Counted from the stretch's first letter, positions 10,220-20,017 are shown. The stretch: 64,000 nt of DNA from Candidatus Heimdallarchaeum endolithica (GCA_021513715.1 CP084167.1:2912001-2976000); one strand, 5' to 3'. The notes: a model not told the origin generated them from the sequence alone. A program made the numbers and translations.

Positions 10220-10348
10220 CTAGACAAATGAGAATTAAATATATAAAGATAGCTGAAAAGTTGTTATACTCCCCAATATTTTGTATTTTTTATTTATGCA
10301 AATGTGTTTCAGGTTGTTATTGGTCTAATAACTCCACAAACTAAAAAT

Positions 10349-10680
10349 TTAGTTTTTTACGTAAAAAAGTATCGTATGTTCGATTTGCATTTTACATGTC
10401 GGGCAATCTGTAACAGCAACATCAATATCTTCCTTCTTTACTGCATTAAAAAGCCAATGCCCAATTTTCATTGAAGTTTCATAATTTTCTTTTTTCATAC
10501 CCCAACTCCCAGAAACACCACAACATGTATTAGTCCCCTTTTCAACTTCAAGTTCTGGTATTTTATTGAGTAGATCAAAGGAAACAGTTGTAATATCTCT
10601 TTGTGCTTTCAAGTGACATGACGTATGATAGAGTACTTTTGTTTTTTCTGGATTAAACTCTACATTTGCTTTGTTTTCTT
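10349..10680 (-). pseudogene. C-terminal CCG-domain fragment of an Fe-S oxidoreductase (GlpC/GlcF-like)
   Basis: YHTSCHL, TCCGVSGSWG and TDCPTCKMQI motifs. No proper N-terminus; inverted relative to the truncated FAD oxidase. Confidence 0.7.
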
Positions 10681-10774
10681 TTAATAATTTATCAACAAAT
10701 TTAATCTTCTTTTTTTATTTTTTTTTCAAATAGCAAAGAATTTATAGTTCTATCTGAGCATATAGTTGTTTAAC

Positions 10775-11719
10775 ATGAGTGAAACAGAACCTTGTCCTTA
10801 TTGTTTTAGAGAAATTAAGAAAGGGGTAAATTTTTGTAAATATTGTGGCTCCGCAATAAAACATTGTCCAAGTTGTAATTCTCCAAATAAAGCTGAAAGT
10901 CTTTTTTGTAGTTCTTGTGGAAAGGATATTAGGGAAATCACTGTACAAAGTAGAAATCTAGAACCTCCAATCTCTCCTTCACATGTTAGCCAAACTGGAA
11001 GTGAAAAAATAATTATTTGGCCTCCTCCAGGTCAATTTTTTCCAACACAACCAAAATATAGACCTTATCAAACACCTGAAGAGCAATTGTTTGGGACAAG
11101 AGATAATCAAGAGCAATTTAAACCTAAGATTGTTTATCCATATTCAAAAGTAGGAATACTAGGATTCTTAAGAGGACCAATTTCAACATCAAAAGTTTTT
11201 ACTTCTGTAGTTGAAGCATTTGCCTATGGTCTAGCTCTTATAGCCACTGGAGTACTGATTATAAGTATAGGTTTTCTCCTTTTCAAAACTTTAATTTTGC
11301 CAATAATAGGTTTATTATGGGGAGGAACATTAATTCTTTCAGCTCCATTTTTTGGTATGTATTTTGTTTCTTCAAAGTGGTTATATAAGGCATTTAAAAT
11401 TAAAAAACCTGTAAGTGATATGACTATATTGTGGAACTATCTCTTTAGTATAATTTTCTTTTCGTTTATTTCGCTAATTTTAATACCTTTGCTAGCAATG
11501 AATACTTTGTTTGCCACAATTTTTGGAATTATTGCCATGATCTTAATCTTTGCTGTATTGATCGTGATTCCGTTGAAAGCTTTTCTCATAGATTTAGCAT
11601 ACGTTAAAGCAGCTGTAGTGGAAAGAGATAGCCAAAAAGAAAAAGAAGAAACTTTAGAAGAAAATGAACCTCAAAAAGAAAAAGAAGATATTGAGGAAAC
11701 AAGAAAAGAAAATAGATGA
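10775..11719 (+). CDS. Double zinc-ribbon membrane protein
   Basis: Four CxxC pairs at the N-terminus, Pro/Gln-rich linker, ~4 TM helices, charged tail. Confidence 0.75.
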   Translation: MSETEPCPYCFREIKKGVNFCKYCGSAIKHCPSCNSPNKAESLFCSSCGKDIREITVQSRNLEPPISPSHVSQTGSEKIIIWPPPGQFFPTQPKYRPYQTPEEQLFGTRDNQEQFKPKIVYPYSKVGILGFLRGPISTSKVFTSVVEAFAYGLALIATGVLIISIGFLLFKTLILPIIGLLWGGTLILSAPFFGMYFVSSKWLYKAFKIKKPVSDMTILWNYLFSIIFFSFISLILIPLLAMNTLFATIFGIIAMILIFAVLIVIPLKAFLIDLAYVKAAVVERDSQKEKEETLEENEPQKEKEDIEETRKENR

Positions 11720-11727
11720 AAGGAAAG

Positions 11728-12309
11728 CTAAACTAATCTTTGAACCAATCTTACTGTTTTATTATCTTCTGCAATATCAACTATCCCATTATTTCTTAAA
11801 TCGTAAAGAGCTTTCATAACTGCAGCAGGAGTTATCCCTGTTGTTTTTACTATTTCCTCTCTTGTCCATTCTTCTTTGTCTGTACCTTGCAATAGCAATA
11901 TAATTTTAGTGTGGGGATTCGCTGCAAAAACATTTTCAAAAAGAATGGAATAAATAGCAAGCAACTCTTCAATATCCATTTCTTTTGCTTTTTCAGCAGC
12001 TATCTCTTCATACATTGTTCTAAATTTTGACATAGATTCTTCGAGATTGTTTAATTTTTCTTCATATTCTTTATTTTTTTGCTCTAACTCGTTGACTTTC
12101 TCAAGTTTTTCTTTTGTTTCAGTAGATAATTTTTCAATTTCAGCTTCCTTATCTTTTAATTTTTTAATATATTTCTCTTGTTCTTTTTCTAAATTTTCTG
12201 TATATTCAATTAAACCAAGTAGAAGGACAGGTAATTGCTCGAAATTGTCTTTAATTGAAAAATAAAGGTCTTTAAATTCCTTCAAAGTGTTTGAATCTGA
12301 GTTTGACAT
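11728..12309 (-). CDS. Coiled-coil protein with C-terminal winged-helix domain
   Basis: E/K heptad region, then TREEIVKTTGITPAAVMKALYDLRNNGIV (wHTH pattern). Confidence 0.65.
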   Translation of the reverse strand: MSNSDSNTLKEFKDLYFSIKDNFEQLPVLLLGLIEYTENLEKEQEKYIKKLKDKEAEIEKLSTETKEKLEKVNELEQKNKEYEEKLNNLEESMSKFRTMYEEIAAEKAKEMDIEELLAIYSILFENVFAANPHTKIILLLQGTDKEEWTREEIVKTTGITPAAVMKALYDLRNNGIVDIAEDNKTVRLVQRLV

Positions 12310-12371
12310 AATACTTTAACTATAATATTTATATTATTTATTTGTTTTGTAAAATTGTTGACTAATCATTA

Positions 12372-12809
12372 TTAAAGATTTGATGAGAGGATTTCTATTT
12401 TATCTCCCACAGATACAGTTCCTGGTTGAATAACTTTAGCAAAGATTCCTTCTTCAACCATAGCTCTTTTTTCATAATATTCTTCATGACTGAATTGTTC
12501 TTTTGGTTTTCCTATCTGAACGATTTCTAAAATAGTTTCATTTATTTTTATTTTAGTTCCTATTGGTCTGTTATGGAGTTCAATTCCATCTATTGTTAAA
12601 TTCTCAAAAAGATCTCCATAATTTAATTTATCTGGGTTTTTCATAAGTTTATGGATGCTTTTTATACTTAATAAAGAAACTTGTTTATCCCAATTTCCTG
12701 AGTGAGAATCTCCCTTTAAACCCAAATTAGTAATTTCTGCTGTATGAACATTCTTTTTTGGTAATTCTCTTTTAGGACTAATGTTTACAGCTAAAACTGT
12801 ACCATTCAT
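12372..12809 (-). CDS. MOSC domain protein
   Basis: GTVLAVNIS, GLKGDSH, QVSLLS, ENLT, GIFAKVIQPGTV. Start set at ATG 12809. Confidence 0.85.
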   Translation of the reverse strand: MNGTVLAVNISPKRELPKKNVHTAEITNLGLKGDSHSGNWDKQVSLLSIKSIHKLMKNPDKLNYGDLFENLTIDGIELHNRPIGTKIKINETILEIVQIGKPKEQFSHEEYYEKRAMVEEGIFAKVIQPGTVSVGDKIEILSSNL

Positions 12810-12882
12810 AAAAAAAAGAAAAAATATTTTAAGATAAATTTTTCGTAATTTCCAAAAAAAAAAAGAAATATTTCGAAAACTA

Positions 12883-13122
12883 TTATCCTCCACCAATAGG
12901 AGGAAATAATGAAATAGTGCAATTTTCTTCTACTAGTTGGTTTTTTGAAACTTTTTTCCCGTTTAAGAGAATAAGATGAATCTCTTCAAGTTTAAAATTT
13001 AATTTATCTATTACTTCTTCAACAGTTGTATTCTTATTAACTTCCAATTCTAAGGGATTTAAATCATTGACATTCGGATATTTTTTTCTTAAATGAGCAA
13101 ATACTTTAATATAAATTTTCAA
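12883..13122 (-). CDS. MoaD/ThiS-family (SAMP-like) sulfur carrier
   Basis: Ubiquitin-like size; C-terminal FPPIGGG. Confidence 0.9.
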   Translation of the reverse strand: MKIYIKVFAHLRKKYPNVNDLNPLELEVNKNTTVEEVIDKLNFKLEEIHLILLNGKKVSKNQLVEENCTISLFPPIGGG

Positions 13123-13166
13123 CTATTAATTCACCTTGTAAAATAAATAATAAAAAAATAAAAGAG

Positions 13167-15002
13167 TTATATTTCAAGTTCTAATTCTTTAATTTTTTCT
13201 GGTGTAGGCACACCGTCTTCCCATCCTCGTAACTTATAATATTCTTGTTTCATTGGTTCTAATTCAACTATTTGTCCTTCTGATGCACCTTCTGGCATTT
13301 TTTCTTCAAGTAGTCGCTTGGGTAATGTATCATCTTTCCCTGTTATTCCGAGCTTATTTAATATCATCCTTTCTAAATTAGTTATTCTCTCACCAGTTTT
13401 GAGAAGTTCATCTGCTGTTATATCCCATCCTGTTATTGGGCCAATCATTTCTACGTACTCGTCTAGACCAAGAGCAAAAGTTAAGAATAAACAATTAACA
13501 CATGAGTTTACTATACTGGTAAAGTCTTGGAATGTTTTGGTTAGTTCAGCTTTTCCTTCAATTGTGAATCTATCTACATCACCTAAAACTTCTGCTGCAA
13601 TAGTATATCCTGTAACATGGCATCCTCCTCGATTAGCTGTAGCATAGTTTAATCCAATACCTTTTGCTCCTCGTGGATCATATGCTGGCATTTCTAAACC
13701 TTTCACTGACATTGATATTTCTGGAGCTCCATAATGTTCACACATCTTGCGTGATCCTTCTCCAATCCAATAACCCAAACCTTGTCTAAAAGCAGCCATC
13801 CATGTAAGTTCTACAATAGCATCAGGGTTACCAAATTCAACTTTTAATCCTTGTAAATCTTCTTCTGGTATTAGTCCTTTTTCATTTAGTTCCATAGCTG
13901 CAGCAATAGTTGAACCAATAGATATGGGGTCCATACCAAAAATGTCACAATAGTGATTAGCTCGAATAACAGCCCCCATATTATTGACGTTTGTTGAACC
14001 TCCTAATGCCCAAATTGCTTCATATTCAGGACCTTCAGTAAAGGAAATCTTGTAAGGACCAAGTTCAACCTTTGTCTTCCTTCCACAAGCAACAACACAG
14101 CCCCAACATGGGTGTTTAGAAATCAAGTATTTCTCTGTTAAAGTTTCTCCTGAAATATTTTCTGCCTCTTTATCTACTCCTGTTTGCCAATTTTTAGTCG
14201 GGAAAAGACCATTTTGATTGATTATGTTAACCAATACTGCAGTTCCATAAGTAGGTAAACCTTCTCCTGTAACTCCATTTTCTTTTAGTTTTTCAACATG
14301 TTCTTTGACTTTTGTTTCAAATTCTTCTTGTTTAGCAATTTGTGGTTTAGCGTTTCCGTCAACAATAATAGCTTTAAGATTCTTTGATCCCATTATCGCT
14401 CCTAAACCTGTTCTACCTGCTGCTCGATGTATTTCATTCATAATTACTGCACAAGGAACAAGATTTTCTCCAGCTGGGCCAATACAACTAACTCCAGCTC
14501 TCTTCCTTTCATGCTTTTCTTGTAACCACTTTGTAGTGTCCATAGTATTTTTTCCCCATATTTCACTAGCATCGTGTAGTTCAGGTTTTCCATCTATTAT
14601 GGACAAATAAACAGGAGTGTCACTCTTTCCTTCAAATACAATCCCATCATATCCTGCAAATTTGAGTTTTGCACCCCAAGTACCACCTGTGTTTCCAGAA
14701 CCAATAGATCCTGTGAGAGGTGATTTCAAAGCCATTACGTGATGTCTACCGCTATTTGGAGAACGTGTTCCTGTAACAGGTCCTGTAGAAAAGAATAAAA
14801 TGTTATCTGGTGATAAAGCATCCATTTCTTTTATATTTACACCTTTTTTTTCTAATTCTTTCGCATAATTCCAAAGATAATAAACAGCTAAACCTTTTCC
14901 TCCAATAAATTTACGTAGTAAATCCTCTGGAAAATCAAAATCAGACATTTCTTTTGAACTTAAATTAACTTTTAACCATTTTCCCATATATCCATAATTC
15001 AT
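13167..15002 (-). CDS. aor: Tungsten-dependent aldehyde:ferredoxin oxidoreductase
   Basis: IGGKGL, KSPLTG, AAGRTGLGAIMGSKNLKA, CWGCVVAC, EYE, DPR, RGGCH. GAGGTGA RBS precedes ATG 15002. Confidence 0.93.
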   Translation of the reverse strand: MNYGYMGKWLKVNLSSKEMSDFDFPEDLLRKFIGGKGLAVYYLWNYAKELEKKGVNIKEMDALSPDNILFFSTGPVTGTRSPNSGRHHVMALKSPLTGSIGSGNTGGTWGAKLKFAGYDGIVFEGKSDTPVYLSIIDGKPELHDASEIWGKNTMDTTKWLQEKHERKRAGVSCIGPAGENLVPCAVIMNEIHRAAGRTGLGAIMGSKNLKAIIVDGNAKPQIAKQEEFETKVKEHVEKLKENGVTGEGLPTYGTAVLVNIINQNGLFPTKNWQTGVDKEAENISGETLTEKYLISKHPCWGCVVACGRKTKVELGPYKISFTEGPEYEAIWALGGSTNVNNMGAVIRANHYCDIFGMDPISIGSTIAAAMELNEKGLIPEEDLQGLKVEFGNPDAIVELTWMAAFRQGLGYWIGEGSRKMCEHYGAPEISMSVKGLEMPAYDPRGAKGIGLNYATANRGGCHVTGYTIAAEVLGDVDRFTIEGKAELTKTFQDFTSIVNSCVNCLFLTFALGLDEYVEMIGPITGWDITADELLKTGERITNLERMILNKLGITGKDDTLPKRLLEEKMPEGASEGQIVELEPMKQEYYKLRGWEDGVPTPEKIKELELEI

Positions 15003-15100
15003 CTTGTTCACCTCATGTGAACTACTCAAGTAAACTCTTTCACATATAAAAAATTTTTTGAAATTTACGAACTTTTTTAAATAGGACTGTTAAAAAATAT

Positions 15101-16429
15101 ATGATATACTTGTCTGATTTCCCAAAAATAATACAAATTGAACCAACAAATTCATGCAATTTCTCTTGCTCTATGTGCTTGTTATCTTTATGGAAAAATA
15201 AGAAAAGAAATTCTATTTCCCTATCACTTTTTGAGAAAATTGCAAAGGAAACATTTCCTCATATCTCTCGATTAGTGTTGTATGGAATGGGAGAACCTCT
15301 AACACATAAGAAATTTCTTGATTTACTGAGAATAGCAAGAAAATATTTGCAAGCTGAAGGAAAAATTGCATTTACTACAAATGGTTCATTGTTTAATGAA
15401 AATATGATCAATGAAGTTCTTGAAAACAATCTTGTAGATGAAATTGTATTCTCGTGTGATACTTTTGAAGGACAAGAGTCATTAGGTCATTCTATGGCTG
15501 TAACAACAGTAAGAAGAAATCTAGATTATCTCCTGAAACATAAAAAACGTTGTAGTATCAAAGTAGGAATCGAAATTGTTGTAATGAAGAAAAATTACAA
15601 ATCCCTTGAAAAATCAATACAAATGTTCTGCAATAAGAAAGTGGATTTTATTACAATTAGTCATATATACCCATATAAAGAACATGTTCAAGATGAAATG
15701 ATGTATACAATGCTTACAAATGAAGCATTAACTATTTTTGAAGAGTCAGGAGAAAAATGGGACGAACTTATACTAGGTGTAACACGAGAAAAATTTGCTG
15801 AATCTATGCAGTTACAATATAGAGAGTTATACAAATACAAAGACAAGTTGGTGAAAAAGGAGAGACCATATTCAGAAAGATACAATGAATTATTGTCTAA
15901 AGCAAAAAAGAAAAATGTTCTTTTAAACACTTCATTATATTTGAAAGAAAAAGAAAAATTAGAACTTTTAAGAGAACTTGAGACAATTTTCAAAAAAATA
16001 GTTCAAATATCAAAAAAATCAGGAGTAAAAGTTATTCTTCCTGATATTATTCCTTCTTTTAAAAACAGAGAATGCCCTTATCAATCAAATAATGCTGTGA
16101 TTATAAGGTCAGATGGGGAAGTTGTTCCTTGTTTTAAATATCTTTATGACCATCCTTCATATTTGGATTATCACAGTAGAGAGTCTTCATTTTATTCTTT
16201 TGGAAATGTGAAAAATAATTCTTTTTCAGAGATTTGGAATGGAACTGATTTTACTTCTTTTAGAAGTAAACTTAGAAATATGAATAAAAATGTCCCATAC
16301 TGTGGGAACTGTAGTTTTTCAACTAATAATTGTTTTTATGTTACAGAAGGACAAAGTGATTGTTGGGGAAATGAACCTTTTTGTTCAGAATGTCCCTATA
16401 GTTTGAATCTTACAAAATGTTTGCTTTAG
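15101..16429 (+). CDS. Radical SAM/SPASM protein, probable tungsten-oxidoreductase maturase
   Basis: CNFSCSMC motif, GEPL, C-terminal SPASM cysteines (CGNC...C...DCWGNEPFCSECP); divergent from aor. Confidence 0.8.
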   Translation: MIYLSDFPKIIQIEPTNSCNFSCSMCLLSLWKNKKRNSISLSLFEKIAKETFPHISRLVLYGMGEPLTHKKFLDLLRIARKYLQAEGKIAFTTNGSLFNENMINEVLENNLVDEIVFSCDTFEGQESLGHSMAVTTVRRNLDYLLKHKKRCSIKVGIEIVVMKKNYKSLEKSIQMFCNKKVDFITISHIYPYKEHVQDEMMYTMLTNEALTIFEESGEKWDELILGVTREKFAESMQLQYRELYKYKDKLVKKERPYSERYNELLSKAKKKNVLLNTSLYLKEKEKLELLRELETIFKKIVQISKKSGVKVILPDIIPSFKNRECPYQSNNAVIIRSDGEVVPCFKYLYDHPSYLDYHSRESSFYSFGNVKNNSFSEIWNGTDFTSFRSKLRNMNKNVPYCGNCSFSTNNCFYVTEGQSDCWGNEPFCSECPYSLNLTKCLL

Positions 16430-16554
16430 CGTTTGTTGCAATAATAAAATGTTAAGAAAACAAAATAAACTTTTACTTTTAATTATTTTTTTTCTTGATT
16501 TTAAGTTGAAAAAACTAGTATATTTAAGTTTTTCATTCTACAAAGAATTTTTAA

Positions 16555-17277
16555 ATGATAACTTTTTCAAAATTTTCAATGGAAGCAATAATTCTTTGTG
16601 GGGGACTAGGAACAAGAATTAGAACTATTACCCAAGATTCTATTCCTAAAGCAATGGTGAAAATTAAAGGTAAAACGATTTTAGAATGGGAGATAGAGTG
16701 GTTAAACAAGCATGGAATTGTTCATGTTATTCTAGCAGTAAGACATTTAGCAGATTACATACAAAAAAAACTTGGGGATAGTTATCAGACTGAAATAGAT
16801 AAAGTAAAAATTACTTATAGTAGAGAACCAAAAAAACTTGGTTCAGGTGGAGCTGTTCGATTTGCTGAAAGACATGTTTCAGATGAACATGTTATTATTA
16901 TGAATGGAGATGTTTTAACAAACTATAATCTTAAAGAGATGATCAGCGCACATTTAAAAAAGAATTTAACAGGTACAATAGGCGTTTCAATGATGCGTAG
17001 CCCCTATGGGATAGTAGAATTTGATGATAATTTAATGATATCAGAATTTAAAGAAAAGCCTTTACTTAATCATTGGATTCACTCCGGTATTGATATTTTC
17101 CAAAAAAAGGTTTTACTTTCTTTTCCTGAAAAAGGTCAGATGGAAGACAGTATCTTTGTAGAACTTGCAAAGAAAAAAGAACTTTCTGTGTTTAAAATAG
17201 AACCTAAATATTATTGGAGAAGTATTGATACTACTAAAGACTTTCAAGAAGCAGAAAAAGATTGGCCAGGAGTATAG
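16555..17277 (+). CDS. Sugar-phosphate nucleotidyltransferase family protein
   Basis: AIILCGGLGTR, PKAM, LGSGG, NGD, FKEKP. Likely true start ATG 16579. Confidence 0.88.
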   Translation: MITFSKFSMEAIILCGGLGTRIRTITQDSIPKAMVKIKGKTILEWEIEWLNKHGIVHVILAVRHLADYIQKKLGDSYQTEIDKVKITYSREPKKLGSGGAVRFAERHVSDEHVIIMNGDVLTNYNLKEMISAHLKKNLTGTIGVSMMRSPYGIVEFDDNLMISEFKEKPLLNHWIHSGIDIFQKKVLLSFPEKGQMEDSIFVELAKKKELSVFKIEPKYYWRSIDTTKDFQEAEKDWPGV

Positions 17278-17280
17278 ATT

Positions 17281-18069
17281 TCACAAAGTTGGATTCCACT
17301 CAAACCTTCTTTGAATATAAACTTGTTCAAATCCTATACTACGATATAAATGCTCCGCTTTACTGTTTAAAACAGTTTGAAGACAGAATTCTGTTTTTTT
17401 ATCCTTGAACATTTTTTCAGAAATAAAGTTTGATAGCATAGCTTTAGCATATCCTCTCCTTTGAAAACGTCTTTTAGTACCAACTCCATAAACACCAATG
17501 AGTTGTTCTGTTTTCATACTACAGAAACATGAAACATCTTTTCCTGAAACATTTCCTACATAGAAATGAATATTATTTTTCATTTGGAGGAGAACCATTT
17601 CTGAGATATATTTTTTTAAATTTCTTGGATATTGAAATGCATCAAAGAAAACATTTAGCCATCTTACGTAATCTTTTTCTGTCAATTCATTAATTTGTAA
17701 GGCTCTATTTCTAAAATATCTAATCTTATCAAAGTTTGAAAGAAACATAACATTTACATCAGTTAACGATCTAAGAAATCTTTTTGTTCTTAGAACTTTT
17801 GAGTTGTAATTGTAATTTGAATCATGTGGGATCTTGACAATAAAGTACTTTTTTCCTTCATCAAAAAAAGAAAAACATTGTTCAAGGAAAAGGTTAAATT
17901 CAGAAGAACCTATTTGTGTTGGAGTTACATAACTATATGTGTCTATCGTATTATTCTTCAAGAAGTAGCCGTGATCATTGCGTAAAACATTAGAATCAGG
18001 CATATAAGTGTAAAACAAGAACTCGTTTAAATCATATTTTTTCCTTTGATTAATTTTTGAATTTGACAT
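17281..18069 (-). CDS. GNAT-family N-acetyltransferase
   Basis: VGTKRRFQRRGYA acetyl-CoA motif; LYRSIGF. Confidence 0.8.
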   Translation of the reverse strand: MSNSKINQRKKYDLNEFLFYTYMPDSNVLRNDHGYFLKNNTIDTYSYVTPTQIGSSEFNLFLEQCFSFFDEGKKYFIVKIPHDSNYNYNSKVLRTKRFLRSLTDVNVMFLSNFDKIRYFRNRALQINELTEKDYVRWLNVFFDAFQYPRNLKKYISEMVLLQMKNNIHFYVGNVSGKDVSCFCSMKTEQLIGVYGVGTKRRFQRRGYAKAMLSNFISEKMFKDKKTEFCLQTVLNSKAEHLYRSIGFEQVYIQRRFEWNPTL

Positions 18070-18150
18070 TAGGTTCAACAACAACTACTAATATAAGGGC
18101 TTATTATAGTTTACTTTCTTTTATTAAAGCAATAGCATTTTTAATATATT

Positions 18151-18260
18151 TAGTACTTCCGCAATAAGTTGACCGATTTCTATAGGTTAAAATTATAGGC
18201 GTTCATACTATCATTGGCGTGTTCTCAATTCATACTTTTTGAGATAATTCGGAAGTACTA
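18151..18260. mobile_element. 110-bp MITE derived from an ISH3-family IS (copy 1)
   Basis: TIRs TAGTACTTCCG...CGGAAGTACTA; 6-bp direct repeat TATATT on both sides; near-identical to 26718-26827. Confidence 0.9.
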
Positions 18261-18312
18261 TATATTAGCAAAAGATTTTAAAGCACTCTTTTTTTTGCAA
18301 ATATGAAATATA

Positions 18313-18591
18313 ATGAGTACAAAAACAGAAAAAAGTTTTGCTAAAGAAGTAGGAAGAGCAGTTGTTGGAGCTCTAGTTTTAATAATTTTACTGGTTATAT
18401 GGCTTCTTTGGGATAAGATTTATCATATCTTCTATAATGACTTATTTCCAAATGCACCTAAAGGAACACTTCTGATTTATTGGTTGTTATTTCTGTTTCC
18501 AATAGCTTTTGGAGGAATATCATTGCTTGTTGCAGGGGGATATCAAGCCTATAAGATAGCTGCTCCTGAGAAAGAAGAAGAGGAAGAATAA
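18313..18591 (+). CDS. Small two-TM membrane protein
   Basis: Two hydrophobic helices and an acidic tail. Confidence 0.65.
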   Translation: MSTKTEKSFAKEVGRAVVGALVLIILLVIWLLWDKIYHIFYNDLFPNAPKGTLLIYWLLFLFPIAFGGISLLVAGGYQAYKIAAPEKEEEEE

Positions 18592-18664
18592 TCTAAACAA
18601 AATATTTTTTTAGTTTTTTCACTATATTCCACTAAAGAGGTTGTCTCTATACTTTGGTGAAGAA

Positions 18665-19696
18665 ATGTTCGAAATTGATTTAAACATTCAAAAAGTTATA
18701 ATTGAAGTACTTAAAATCAATCTTGCATTACAAGACGGTGAAAAATTCCTAATTGCTACAGACTATCCATCTACCTTAGATTTGAAATACAAGGAGCCAG
18801 AAATTCTCCAAAGGATGTTTGCAAGGAATTTTCTAGCTCGGTTTATAGAAAAAATTGCAAAGGATAAATTTCCTGGTGTAAAAACAGATTTTATTACATA
18901 TCCATGTCCTTGGATACATTATCCTGAAAATCTAGAAGAGTTTCGTAATATTGTCAATGATTACGATGTGTGTTATGTTCTATCCGAATTTTCAATTTGG
19001 ACTATTTTTAGTTCTCCGGAAGCAAGATTGTTGAAACAGACTAGAGTCGCATTTTCACCAGGATGCGATGAAACTATTTTTCGTCCTTATGGGCCTTTGG
19101 ATATAAACAGTAGTAAACTTGAAAGAGATGTAATGAAAACATATGCAAAAATCAATAAAGGAAAGCATGTAAAAATTTGGAATCACATGGGAACAAATTT
19201 GGAAATAGAATTAACAGGAAATAACTATAATTATATGTATGAATCTGGAATTGTTAATTATCCTGGAAAAAAATCCAATCTTCCTGCAGGAGAAGTGCTT
19301 ATTCTAAATCCAAAAATAAGAGGGGTTTATGTAGTTCCTGCAGGCTGGATTGAGGGACTTAAATCAAATCTTGTTATTGAAATCAAAAATAGTGAGGTAA
19401 CAAAAATTTGCCAACAAGGAGACGACACTTGGCTAAAAAGTAACTACTTTTTGGTAAAATACCCAAATGAAATTACATTTATCTCTGTTGGGCATAATTA
19501 TCAAGCAAACAACCCTTTCCTAATAATTGAAATGATAAAGATGTGTGGATTAGTATCAATAAAAATTAACAATAGGGGATTAAGGGAACTAGATAGCTTA
19601 AATACTAAAGTCTTCTCTGGGCATTTTCCATCTCCAAATGTATACCTCGAAGTAGATGGAGAAGAGATATTTCGTAATGGACAATTTATGCTTTAA
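18665..19696 (+). CDS. Divergent M29/leucyl aminopeptidase-like protein
   Basis: GEKFLIATD, GTNLEIEL, NLPAGEV, EVDGEEIFRNG. GGTGA RBS before ATG 18665. Confidence 0.65.
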   Translation: MFEIDLNIQKVIIEVLKINLALQDGEKFLIATDYPSTLDLKYKEPEILQRMFARNFLARFIEKIAKDKFPGVKTDFITYPCPWIHYPENLEEFRNIVNDYDVCYVLSEFSIWTIFSSPEARLLKQTRVAFSPGCDETIFRPYGPLDINSSKLERDVMKTYAKINKGKHVKIWNHMGTNLEIELTGNNYNYMYESGIVNYPGKKSNLPAGEVLILNPKIRGVYVVPAGWIEGLKSNLVIEIKNSEVTKICQQGDDTWLKSNYFLVKYPNEITFISVGHNYQANNPFLIIEMIKMCGLVSIKINNRGLRELDSLNTKVFSGHFPSPNVYLEVDGEEIFRNGQFML

Positions 19697-19783
19697 AGGC
19701 TTTTAAAAAGTAAAAATTGCTTTTAAACAATTTGAAAGAAAATTGGAAAAATAAACAAAATAAATTAATCAAAAATTTTAAAT

Positions 19784-20017
19784 TTATTGCTCAACACATA
19801 TCATTGTCATCGTTGAACGAACGTTATCTAATGCGCGAAGATTTTCAGTAACAATCTTTTTCAAAGATTCTGTGTCTTCTGCTTCGATTTTTGCAATTAG
19901 ATCATATACTCCGTATACTACGTGAGCTTCTTTCACATTAGGAAGTTCCAATAACTGTTCCATTACGTTATTTTCCTCCCCTATTTCGCTATTTATTAAA
20001 ATAAAAGCTGTTGCCAT
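19784..20017 (-). CDS. Stand-alone Lrp/AsnC ligand-binding (RAM) domain protein
   Basis: AFILIN...VYGVYDLIAKIEA...VRSTMT. Confidence 0.9.
   Translation of the reverse strand: MATAFILINSEIGEENNVMEQLLELPNVKEAHVVYGVYDLIAKIEAEDTESLKKIVTENLRALDNVRSTMTMICVEQ

Noticed and set aside
10090-10344. 84-aa ORF on the + strand
   Set aside because: Lies antisense across the RNA cassette and its promoter; no protein motif recognised.
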